Part shown: one piece after another, positions 35,201 to 43,025 of the stretch
How positions within the stretch are numbered: position 1 is the first letter of the stretch
Layout: every line of letters starts with the position of its first letter
Source: Burkholderiales bacterium
Lineage (GTDB): Bacteria; Pseudomonadota; Gammaproteobacteria; Burkholderiales; Burkholderiaceae_C
Direction: 5' to 3'
DNA: 64,000 nucleotides
Assembly: GCA_016000265.1 (NCBI GenBank)
Contig: JAECRL010000013.1
Coordinates: 7,387 to 71,386 of the forward strand
Notes under the pieces: generated by a model
The model's input: the letters and a program-made list of their open reading frames with translations, nothing else
Database searches by the model: none
Told to the model about the DNA's origin: nothing
Made by a program: the position numbers and the translations under genes

Positions 35201-35478
35201 TGTCGGCCGTGCCGCAAAGCAGTGGAGACAGCCGCCTGGTGGGCGCGCTCATCGCCATGGGACACCGACTGGACGTGGGCATCGTGGCCGAGGGCGTGGA
35301 GACCGAGGAGCAAGCCGAGTTCCTGCGCAACCACGGCTGCGACGAGGCCCAGGGCTACCACCTGGGCAAGCCGATGCGGGAGGCGGACTTCGAGGCGCTG
35401 TTGCTGGCGCACTCACAAACGCACTCACAAACGCACCACACCGACCCCGCCGGGGCCGTGACCCCCAGCGCTCACTGA
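32218..35478 (+). CDS. CHASE-PAS-PAS-GGDEF-EAL c-di-GMP signalling protein
   Basis: TM-CHASE (YLPVLYNEP, VFGYD)-TM, two PAS domains, DLDRFKKINDSLGH...RLGGDEF, AEALLRW...DDFGVGYSS. Confidence 0.93.
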   Translation: MQSDIQETRRESRRLLQVSWLVLVVGVALSAWTWREASVRLQHEADMAFDAQARSFTQHLHQLVDHHLDVLVSFQAMFRVTGEVDEPTFQAHYQTLKAEQEYPALLAVQYSPLIQHAERARFEARMQRLHPAFRINPPGERSEYLPVLYNEPMARNRVVFGYDIAFEPTRRQVMEAARDSGRMQMSPPIRLLQGGPDPLAVLVRLPVYRPGLPLETTEQRRAAFSGMVGGVVRISDLITQTQTGRDWKKLHLRINDTLSSDDGAGTGSGDLYDSTRSGPSAFRPPTQVQANDARVQQFSLASRHWTLHFTRPAVRPMLQPYPLALLLGGLVGSAALCALFRAAASRHARAAEMAQRLSQQARDSEDRLRSVMDHTIDGILCVAPSGRILSVNQAVCRIFGHNESAMLGQHLSMLLPAAGKLEAGKRVESFLKVQRVGMDGLGRHTEGLRAGGQHFPLDLAISSMEHDGIRQYIGIVRDLSAQQAAERAVLEAHRQLNEVDEMRRVIVHSAPYAIFVLNLQGVIQTVNPAGERLLGYKANELVGRCSAQHFFDAEQLSERAHLLSMRLGREVDPGSVLSHLARTAAHLPSEWTLQRKDGSHLVAELLVTELSQEFSSLTGYLAMAYDVTSRREAEDQVQHMALHDALTALPNRNMLQEQLRLSLSAAEREGRRMAMMFLDLDRFKKINDSLGHHIGDSVLIEVARRLREATRSSDVVARLGGDEFVVMLPHIAEPDDGERVAHKLLAAFTEPLRIGPHELRVTPSIGLALYPEHGTDAITLMRHADLAMYQAKHRGRNRVQVYSEQMDSPTAETLVLENDLYKALERNELRLHYQPQFDCRSGRITGAEALLRWQHGERLVPPSDFIPLAEETGLIVPMGEWVLRQACLTAQRWREQSGWPLRIAVNLSALQLDQPDLIETVSRALHDTGLPATALELEITESVVVRESLRAADVLTELRTLGVGIAIDDFGVGYSSFAYLRELPVDRFKLDRSFLSAVPQSSGDSRLVGALIAMGHRLDVGIVAEGVETEEQAEFLRNHGCDEAQGYHLGKPMREADFEALLLAHSQTHSQTHHTDPAGAVTPSAH

Positions 35479-35963
35479 TCGGTGGCCTGCACCTGTCGGC
35501 GCCGCTCGACGTAGCCCACGGAGGTGACGCGGCTGTTGTCCGGGCAGGTCGCGGTGCCGTTGCAGGCCACGGCGTCGATGACGAAAACGCGCACGTTCTT
35601 GTTGGTGTAGACGGGCAGCTCGTCATTCGAGCCGTTTTCACCCTCGACGTACAGCGCTGAGTTGCAGCTGACCGTCACCCACACGCCCAGTTCGGTGCGC
35701 AGGTCCAGCGTCTGGCTGGTGTTGTTGCAGGTGGTCCAGCCGCCCCTCAGGGCCTGGTAGAGGCCCCACTCGGCGCCGGAGTTGGCGGCGCGTTGCGCGC
35801 GGGCGGCGTCGATGTCTTGTGCGGAGCTGACCTGCTGGGTCCAGCTCATGCGAGCGATGGCGCCCCCCAGCACGCTGAGCACGACCAGCACCAGCAAGGC
35901 CGCCACCACGCCGAAGCCTTCGGCCCGGGGACGCATGGGTTTCATGGGACTCATGGGACTCAT
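35472..35963 (-). CDS. mshP: MSHA minor pilin MshP
   Basis: GFGVVAALLVLVVLSVLGG pilin-like N-terminus; AQRAANSGAEWG; VERRRQV C-terminus; cluster position. Confidence 0.8.
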   Translation of the reverse strand: MSPMSPMKPMRPRAEGFGVVAALLVLVVLSVLGGAIARMSWTQQVSSAQDIDAARAQRAANSGAEWGLYQALRGGWTTCNNTSQTLDLRTELGVWVTVSCNSALYVEGENGSNDELPVYTNKNVRVFVIDAVACNGTATCPDNSRVTSVGYVERRRQVQATDQ

Positions 35964-35969
35964 GGGACG
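35934..35969. repeat. 9-bp tandem repeat spanning the mshO stop and mshP start
   Basis: CATGGGTTT-CATGGGACT-CATGGGACT-CATGGGACG, giving MSPMSPMKPM. Confidence 0.8.
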
Positions 35970-36826
35970 TTCACCACGTGGGCGCCGTGCGAAAGGCTGG
36001 CCGTCTCGCGGTTGCGCGTGAGGGCCAGCTCCAGGTAGACGAAGCCGCTTTGCTGCGTGGCGCCTTTGTTGGGGTCGTAGATGAAACGGCAGCGGCTGAC
36101 CTGTGTGGCCAGGACGGCCCCGCCGGTGGTGGCCGGGCAGGCCGTCGGGTAGGCCGCGCTGAAGTCGCCTTTGATGCGATAGAGCGTGCCGGTGCCGGTG
36201 GCGCCATCGGCGCTGAGGCCGGGGTTGTCGCACACGTAGAACACCGACTGCTCCGCGCTGGAGACGACCTGGAAGCGCCCGCCGCTGTAGCCCGGCGAGA
36301 CCTGCAGGGAGCCGATGCTCAGGCGCAGCGTGCCCTGGTCGCTGGTGGGCGTGGCCACCGCCGTGATGGCCGAGCGGTTGCTGCCCACGTGCACGTCGTT
36401 GCCGTTCTGGTTGTTGATGACGACGAAGTCGCCCACGGCCGGGGTGCGCGACAGCGTGGAGAGCACATCGAAGCTGGTGGTGGGCTGGGAGGTGTCGACG
36501 AAGGCGGCGTTGTTGGCCGCGTTGGGGCCCATGCGGTAGCGCCCCCCGGCGATGGTGGGCGTCAGCTCGAAGCACGTGATCGCGGGCGTGCGCAGGGAGT
36601 TGGGCACGGCCTGGCGGATGTCGCGCACCATGCGGCGCAGGGCCGTGTCGCCCATGTCGCTGAGGGCGGAGCGGTCGCGCGTGTCGGTGTAGGCCACGAT
36701 GGCGGGGCGCACGAACACGGCCACCGAGGCGCCGATGATGGTGATGAGCACCATCACCACGACCAGCTCGATCATGGTGAAGCCGCGCGAGCGGGGCGAA
36801 GGCAGGTGGCGTGGCAGGGTGGGCAT
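35960..36826 (-). CDS. mshO: MSHA minor pilin MshO
   Basis: RGFTMIELVVVMVL prepilin motif; RMVRDIRQAVPNSLR; HVVNVP C-terminus. Confidence 0.88.
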   Translation of the reverse strand: MPTLPRHLPSPRSRGFTMIELVVVMVLITIIGASVAVFVRPAIVAYTDTRDRSALSDMGDTALRRMVRDIRQAVPNSLRTPAITCFELTPTIAGGRYRMGPNAANNAAFVDTSQPTTSFDVLSTLSRTPAVGDFVVINNQNGNDVHVGSNRSAITAVATPTSDQGTLRLSIGSLQVSPGYSGGRFQVVSSAEQSVFYVCDNPGLSADGATGTGTLYRIKGDFSAAYPTACPATTGGAVLATQVSRCRFIYDPNKGATQQSGFVYLELALTRNRETASLSHGAHVVNVP

Positions 36827-36828
36827 GG

Positions 36829-37290
36829 TCACGGTTCGGCGTAAGGGGTGCGCCAGGTGGTGAGCGTGACGGAGTCGGTGCCCCGCGTGACGGTCACGAC
36901 CACGGTCTTGGCCGGCACGCCCACCCAGGTGCCTTCGGTGACGGCCACCGCCAGGGTGTAGGCCTCCAGGCCTTGCACCGCCGTGCCCTCGATGTCGCAG
37001 ACGCGGCCGTTGGTCGGGTAGGCGTCGTAGTCGCTGACGTCGTCGAAGGTGGCGCGCTCGCAAGCCGCGCTGGTTTGTTTGGAGGCCCCGCTGTAGGGCC
37101 GCAAGGCGATTTCTTCGAGCATCTCCTCGGCCACGGCCATGAGCTGCTTGCGGGCCACCGGGTCGCTGCTGTTGCGCACGCTGGCCTGGAACACCGAGAG
37201 CACCCCCGCCAGGCCCACGCCGATGATGACGATGGCCATGATGACCTCCATCAGGGTGAAGCCGCGCGAGCGGCGTCGCTCATTCGACAT
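36829..37290 (-). CDS. mshD: MSHA minor pilin MshD
   Basis: RGFTLMEVIMAIVI; AEEMLEEI; FDDVSDY. Confidence 0.85.
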   Translation of the reverse strand: MSNERRRSRGFTLMEVIMAIVIIGVGLAGVLSVFQASVRNSSDPVARKQLMAVAEEMLEEIALRPYSGASKQTSAACERATFDDVSDYDAYPTNGRVCDIEGTAVQGLEAYTLAVAVTEGTWVGVPAKTVVVTVTRGTDSVTLTTWRTPYAEP

Positions 37291-37813
37291 GGCCGGTCTC
37301 CCCCCTGATCGTGATGGCGGCCGCGGAGATGGGCGTGAGGGTTCGGTCGGCGGCCGAGGCGCCGGCGCCATCGGTGGTCACGCGGCCGTCGGGCTGGAAG
37401 TAGAGGGTGCCCGCCGGGGTGCCCGCAGGCGACAGGCCGGTGGTGGCCTGCGCGTTGGCGGAGACGGCGAAGTTGGCGCTGCCATCGGGCCCGGGCAAGG
37501 CGGCGTTGCAGGTGGCGCTCGGGTTGGCCGTGGCGATGCGCATGGCCACCGTCGTGTTGGTGACGGTGACGCACACCAGGCGTCGGTGGCTGACCGCGGT
37601 CTTGTGGGCCAGGCGCATGGCGCTGACCAGGTTGTCGCGCCAGGCGTCGTCGCGGATGCCGATCATGGCCGTCAGCTTGGGGAAGACGAAGGCCGACAGG
37701 ATGCCGCCGATGGCCAGCACCACGACCATCTCGGCCATGGTGAAGCCGCGCTGGGGCCGCTGGCACGGCTGGCACGGCTGGCAGGGGGCGCGCTTGGGAC
37801 GGGGCTGGTTCAT
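37280..37813 (-). CDS. mshC: MSHA minor pilin MshC
   Basis: RGFTMAEMVVVLAI; YFQPDGR; ITIRGETGHV; N-terminal PCQ repeats from a 9-bp tandem repeat at 37760-37786. Confidence 0.85.
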   Translation of the reverse strand: MNQPRPKRAPCQPCQPCQRPQRGFTMAEMVVVLAIGGILSAFVFPKLTAMIGIRDDAWRDNLVSAMRLAHKTAVSHRRLVCVTVTNTTVAMRIATANPSATCNAALPGPDGSANFAVSANAQATTGLSPAGTPAGTLYFQPDGRVTTDGAGASAADRTLTPISAAAITIRGETGHVE

Positions 37814-37937
37814 GGCGGGTTGGCGACGTGGCGGGGGGAAGCCCCCGTGCGGGAATTATGCACAGCCGCGCCCGGCGGGGTGCACCGTTGTTGTGCCGGG
37901 ATTCGGGCCCAGATCGAGCGATCTGGGCGCGGCCGCG

Positions 37938-40900
37938 TCAGAACAGGTCGACGGCGTGCATGACCTTGCGGGACTCCGGCGCGAACACCCCGATGGTGGC
38001 GCGCGCGGAGGGGTCGAAGTCCCCCGTGCCGCTGCACGCGCCGTGCTGGCCTCGCAACCAGCTGCGCTGGGCGCCGGTGCTGGCGGGGTGGGCCGACAGG
38101 CAGGAGGCGTCGGTGGTGGAGTCGCCCAGGTTGACGGCCAGGTCGATGGTGCCCGTGGCCCCGCCCGTGGGGGCCGACAGCAGGATGCCGCCCTGCCCGC
38201 TGACCGCCGCGAAGCCCGAGGCCGTGATGCCGCCCCAGGGCGAGGACTCGGCGCCCTTGTGGTCCTGGTAGCGCGCCAGCACCACGGCGCTGGCGGGCAC
38301 GCTGGTGCAGCTGTCGTCGGTGTTGAGCACCCAGGTGCGCCCGCTCCAGTAGTGCAGCTGCAACGGCACGCTCAAGGGGGTCTGCCCGGAGCCAAAGGCG
38401 TTGGAGAGCCTCAGGCGCCCGCTGCGCAGGGCCACCGAGCCCTCGGTGCCCCCGCTGGAGCTGACGCTGCCCGGCGCGACCTCGGTGGCGCGCAGGCTGA
38501 CCAGCGTGGGCGAGGTGGCGCGGCTGGAGAAGGTGAAGCTCGGGGTGGTGAGCACGGCCTCGCCGCGCACGAAGCTGGAGGCGGCCACCGCGGTCTGGCT
38601 CAGGCTGCCAGTGCCCGCGTTGGTGACGGCGCTCAGGGTCGCGGCCTTGGCGAAGCTGGCCGACATCGTGCCGGTGCCATCGTGGTTTTCGGTGACCTCG
38701 CCCTGGGCGTTGCGCGCCGTCACCTTCACCTTGAAGGGCTGGCCGCTGTAGGTGAAGGCGGACTTGCCGGTGGCCGCGCAGGCCTGGGTCACGCCGACGT
38801 CGAAGCGCGCCGGCACGAAGGGCCCGACGCCCGAGGTCGTGCCGCTCACGCTCACGCCGCTGGTGCCGTAGATCGAGGTGTCGTTGACCGTGGCGCTCAG
38901 ATCGGGCGCCCCCACCTCCGACCAGCGCATGGCGCTGGAGGTGGCCACCCCGGCGTTGACCGGCCCCAGGCTGCCGGAGAAGGTGCCGGCCTTGGCCGCG
39001 CCGCCCGTGGGCGACTGGCCCGTCTTGCTCAAGGTGAGCACGACCTTGGGCGACTCGTTGCCGAAGTTGCTCATCAAGCCACCGCCGGCGTTGCGCGCCC
39101 GCACCGTGGCCGTGAAGTCGCTGCCCGCCACGTAGGGTCCCGAGGTCGTGATCTCGAGGTTGTGGGGCACGGCCACGAAGGTGTCGCTGCCCGTGAGGGA
39201 CAGGCCCGAGTCGGCGCCCGAGCCGCTGTGGGTGGCCGCCACCGTGAGCTGCCCCGCGTCGGCGTAGCTGACGTCGACCTGGGCGCGCCCATTGGCGTCG
39301 AACGCCAGGCTCAAGGACTGGCCCGTGCCGTCGCACGCCAGCGCCGCGCTGCCCGTTGCATTCAAGCCGGCGCCGTTGACGAGCACCGGCACGCTGCCGG
39401 CGTTGGGGTTGCCGTAGGCGCAGGTGAATCGCACGGTCTTGTTGACGTTGGCGAAGGCAGAGACGCAGCGGGTGGCGACCTCGCCGGTCTTGATGGCGTA
39501 GACCGAGACGCTCTGGACCTCGCCCGCGGCGTGGTTGGGCACGTCGAAGCTCAGGGCCGAGGACTGGGTGGTGTAGACGCAGCTCTTGCCGCTGCCGGCG
39601 GGCGTGCCCATGCCGCAAAACACCGGGGGGTTGTTCGTGGGGGCCTGCGACAGGCCGGTGAGGCTGGCCGTCACCTCCGCGGGGGTGGTGGCGTAGGCCG
39701 TGACGGAGGCCTCCCCGGCGCCGTTCGTGGTGAAGCCGAAGCTGCTGACCGGCGTGGCCCCGCTGAGCACCAGGGTGCCCGACACCCCGTTGGTGATGCG
39801 GGTGCTGCAGCCCGGGTCGGCACAGGCCTTGATGGTGTAGGTCACCGGGTTGCAACTCAGGCCCGTGGCGCTGGAGGTGGTCACCTCCATGTGGTGCGGC
39901 GGCGTCACCAGGTTGACGGCGCAGCTGCCCGTGCTGGTGGCCGGCACCCCCATGCCGCAAAACACCTTGGGCGTGTTGCTCGGGGTGGGCGAGTGGGCGG
40001 TCATGCCCACCGTGCCGGTGCCGGCGCCGTTGTAGCGCAGGGTCACCGTGGCCGAGTTGGCGGGGCCCGCCGGGATGCTGAAGGCCTGGGTGGCCACGCT
40101 GGGCGAGGCACCGGTGAAGCTCAGCGTGCCGGTCACGCCCGAGGTCCAAGGCAGGCTGCAGTCCGCGTTGCCGCAGGCCGTGACCGTGTAGGTGAAGTCG
40201 GAGCCGACCGCCGTCGAACTCGCCGGCGCGGTCACGCGCAGGTGATGGGGGGCGACCGCGGCGTCCACGTAAGTGAGGTAGTCGACCTTGAACGACTGAA
40301 CGGTGTCGCTGGAGAGGAAACCGCAGTTGCGGCAGTCGTAGGTCTGGAACTCGACCTTCTTGATCTTGACGCCGTTGCTGGGCTCGTACTTCACGTACAG
40401 CGGGTAGTACTGGATGGCGTCACCGAGCAGCCAGCCCAACAGAAAGTTGTAGACGTCGTTGAGCCAGTTCTGGGAAACGTAGGCGCCCACGCACTGCGCG
40501 TTGTACTTGTCTCGGCAGTTCTTCAACGTCACCACGCTGTTGTCGGCCAGCGTGAGGTTGATGAGCATGGTGTTTTCGGCGCTGAACTGCGCGCCCCACA
40601 AGAAGCCCACGTATGGCGTCGGGTTCGCGAAGGTGACCGTGATCGAGGTGCTGTTGTTGTTGAGCCCCGAGTACACGGACAAGGCGTTGCCCGTGAAGCC
40701 CAGCAGCGACGACGTGGCCGACTGCGTCACGCTGCCGGTGTCGGAGCCCAGCGAGCACACCCAACCCACGAAGATCAGGTAGTAGCGGTTGCAGTCGCCG
40801 ATGGAGGTGGTGTAGCTGAGGCGGGCGCCCTCGCCTTCCAGCGTGTTGGGCCCGAAGTCGACGTGGCGCTGGTTGGCCGCCGACACCGGGGGGAGCGTGC

Positions 40901-41006
40901 TCCAGTTGGTGTAGACCGACAGCCCCGCCCAGGCGGGCAAGACGCACAGCGCCAGCAGAAAAGCCGCGGCGGCCTGGCGAAGGCTGAACCCCTTGAGCGA
41001 ACGCAT
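37938..41006 (-). CDS. mshQ: MshQ-like pilus-associated adhesin (DUF6701 C-terminus)
   Basis: Signal peptide; GPFVPARF, RSGRLRLSNAFGS, NTDDSCT, WLRG...DPSARATIGVF C-terminal motifs; inside msh cluster. Confidence 0.8.
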   Translation of the reverse strand: MRSLKGFSLRQAAAAFLLALCVLPAWAGLSVYTNWSTLPPVSAANQRHVDFGPNTLEGEGARLSYTTSIGDCNRYYLIFVGWVCSLGSDTGSVTQSATSSLLGFTGNALSVYSGLNNNSTSITVTFANPTPYVGFLWGAQFSAENTMLINLTLADNSVVTLKNCRDKYNAQCVGAYVSQNWLNDVYNFLLGWLLGDAIQYYPLYVKYEPSNGVKIKKVEFQTYDCRNCGFLSSDTVQSFKVDYLTYVDAAVAPHHLRVTAPASSTAVGSDFTYTVTACGNADCSLPWTSGVTGTLSFTGASPSVATQAFSIPAGPANSATVTLRYNGAGTGTVGMTAHSPTPSNTPKVFCGMGVPATSTGSCAVNLVTPPHHMEVTTSSATGLSCNPVTYTIKACADPGCSTRITNGVSGTLVLSGATPVSSFGFTTNGAGEASVTAYATTPAEVTASLTGLSQAPTNNPPVFCGMGTPAGSGKSCVYTTQSSALSFDVPNHAAGEVQSVSVYAIKTGEVATRCVSAFANVNKTVRFTCAYGNPNAGSVPVLVNGAGLNATGSAALACDGTGQSLSLAFDANGRAQVDVSYADAGQLTVAATHSGSGADSGLSLTGSDTFVAVPHNLEITTSGPYVAGSDFTATVRARNAGGGLMSNFGNESPKVVLTLSKTGQSPTGGAAKAGTFSGSLGPVNAGVATSSAMRWSEVGAPDLSATVNDTSIYGTSGVSVSGTTSGVGPFVPARFDVGVTQACAATGKSAFTYSGQPFKVKVTARNAQGEVTENHDGTGTMSASFAKAATLSAVTNAGTGSLSQTAVAASSFVRGEAVLTTPSFTFSSRATSPTLVSLRATEVAPGSVSSSGGTEGSVALRSGRLRLSNAFGSGQTPLSVPLQLHYWSGRTWVLNTDDSCTSVPASAVVLARYQDHKGAESSPWGGITASGFAAVSGQGGILLSAPTGGATGTIDLAVNLGDSTTDASCLSAHPASTGAQRSWLRGQHGACSGTGDFDPSARATIGVFAPESRKVMHAVDLF

Positions 41007-41236
41007 GCGACGACCCCCCTCGATACAATTTGCGACAGGCTGATTGTGCGAGGGTATAGCCAATTAGGGTTACCCAAACCCGACAAAGTGGCCCGCCATC
41101 GCGCACCATTTCACGGGCCTTTGTGCTGCGTTCGCACACAAGGGGAAGCGGGCCTCGAAAACAACTTGGCCGCCAAGGGATCTCTCCCGTTGGCGGCCCG
41201 GTCCCCATTCACGCAGCAGGGTGCAAGGGGTCAGGC

Positions 41237-41701
41237 TCAGTTGCCCCCGCCGATGCCCTGGAAGTCGGCCGTGCGGGTGGTGGAGCCGTTCACGCCGGTC
41301 AGCGTGCAGGTGGCGGTGGTGCCGTTGGCCGTGATGTCGACGCCTGCCGTCTTGGGCGCCACGGTGAAGGCCGTGTTGCCGATGGTGAAGGCGCCGCTGG
41401 TGGCGTCGGGCGTCACGCCCTGCAGCAGCGCGCCAGCGAACTTGCACTCGTTGATCTTGGTGCACTTGGCCGCGGATGGCGCATGCCCCACGGCCGAGCA
41501 GCCCGCGTAGTTGACCGACATGGCGCTGGCCAGGTTGCCGGCCACGCCGTTGACGGTGGAGTCGACCGCCTCGGTGCGCAGGTCGATGAACTTGGGCAAG
41601 GCGGTGGCCGCCAGGATGCCCAGGATGACGATGACCACGATCAACTCGATCATGGTGAAGCCGGTCTGAAGACGGGCGGAAGGATGGCGAACTGATTTCA
41701 T
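41237..41701 (-). CDS. mshA: MSHA major pilin
   Basis: TGFTMIELIVVIVILGILAATALPKFIDL; C-terminal cysteines. Confidence 0.85.
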   Translation of the reverse strand: MKSVRHPSARLQTGFTMIELIVVIVILGILAATALPKFIDLRTEAVDSTVNGVAGNLASAMSVNYAGCSAVGHAPSAAKCTKINECKFAGALLQGVTPDATSGAFTIGNTAFTVAPKTAGVDITANGTTATCTLTGVNGSTTRTADFQGIGGGN

Positions 41702-41785
41702 GGCGACCTCTTTTCTGCAAAAGTGAACCGGACCCTGCGTACCGGCTTAAACACGCACGTTCCCGTGCTCTTTCGGCAACTTGCC

Positions 41786-43018
41786 TCAATGCTTGAGGGT
41801 GACTTGCCCCAAATTCCACATCGGAAGAAACACACCCAGCGCCAGCACCAGCACGAGCGCACCCATGAAGATGATCAGGATGGGCTCGATCTGCTGCGAC
41901 AGCGTCTTGAGCGAGTACTGCACCTCGTTGCTGTACATCTCGCCGACCTCGTCGAGCAGGTCGTCGAGCATGCCGGTCTCCTCCCCGATGGCGATCATCT
42001 GCAGCGCCATCGGCGTGAACACCCCGGTGCTGGCCGCGGCCGAAGCCAGGGCCTCACCGCGCATGACCCGGTCCTTCATCGCCTCGATGCTGGCGCTGAG
42101 GTGGGCGTTGTCGGCGGTCTGGGCCACGCCCGTGAGGGCGCGCTCCATGGGCACGCCGCTGCGCAAGGACAAGGAAAACGCCCGCGCGAAGCGCGACAGC
42201 GCCGCCTTGACCACGATGGGGCCCACCAGCGGAAAGCGCAGCACCCAGCGGTCCCAGATGGCGCGCCCCTCGGGAGACTGGCGCCAGTGACGCCAGGCGA
42301 AGAAGGCCGCCACGCTGCCGACCGCCAGCAGCCCGCCGTTGTTGACCGTGAAGTCCGACGAGGCCACCAGGATCTTGGTGGTCATGGGCAACTCGGCGCC
42401 CATGCTCTTGAAGACGCCGGCAAACGAGGGGATGACCATGACGTTGATGACCCCGATGGCGCCGCCCATGGCCATGACCACGAAGCTGGGGTAGCGCATG
42501 GCCGACTTGACCTGCTGGCGCATGCCGCTTTCGAACTGCAAGTGCTCGGCCAGGCGCTTGAAGACCTCTTCGAGCCGGCCGGAGGCCTCGCCCACGCGCA
42601 CCATGGAGACGTAGAAGTTGTCGAACACCTTGGGGTGCTGGGCCATGGCCGCCGACAGGTCCACGCCCGACTCCAGGCTGCGCCGCAGCTCGGCCACCAC
42701 GTTCTTGAACGTCGGGTTGACCGCGGTTTCCTGCAGCCCGTTGAGGGCGCGCAGCAGCGGCACGCCGGCCTTGATGAGGGTGTAGAGCTGCTTGCTGAAC
42801 AGCATCACGTCCTGGTCCTGCACCTTCGGGGCCATCCAGCTCGGCGCCTGCAAAGGAGCGGAGATGGCCTTGGCGGCGCTGGCCGCGTCGGGCTTGATGG
42901 TCAGCGGCACCCAGCCCTTGGCCAGCAGCTCCTCGGCCACGGCGGCGGCGGTGGCGGCCTCCTGCGTGCCCTGGATGGGGCCATGGGGGCCGCGTGCGGT
43001 GTAGTGAAAGCGGCTCAT
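41786..43018 (-). CDS. mshG: Pilus platform protein MshG (PilC/GspF family)
   Basis: LFSKQLYTLIKAGVPL, MVRVGEASGRL, AMRYP, IAIGEETG, IEPIL. Confidence 0.93.
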   Translation of the reverse strand: MSRFHYTARGPHGPIQGTQEAATAAAVAEELLAKGWVPLTIKPDAASAAKAISAPLQAPSWMAPKVQDQDVMLFSKQLYTLIKAGVPLLRALNGLQETAVNPTFKNVVAELRRSLESGVDLSAAMAQHPKVFDNFYVSMVRVGEASGRLEEVFKRLAEHLQFESGMRQQVKSAMRYPSFVVMAMGGAIGVINVMVIPSFAGVFKSMGAELPMTTKILVASSDFTVNNGGLLAVGSVAAFFAWRHWRQSPEGRAIWDRWVLRFPLVGPIVVKAALSRFARAFSLSLRSGVPMERALTGVAQTADNAHLSASIEAMKDRVMRGEALASAAASTGVFTPMALQMIAIGEETGMLDDLLDEVGEMYSNEVQYSLKTLSQQIEPILIIFMGALVLVLALGVFLPMWNLGQVTLKH

Positions 43019-43025
43019 GCGGGGC

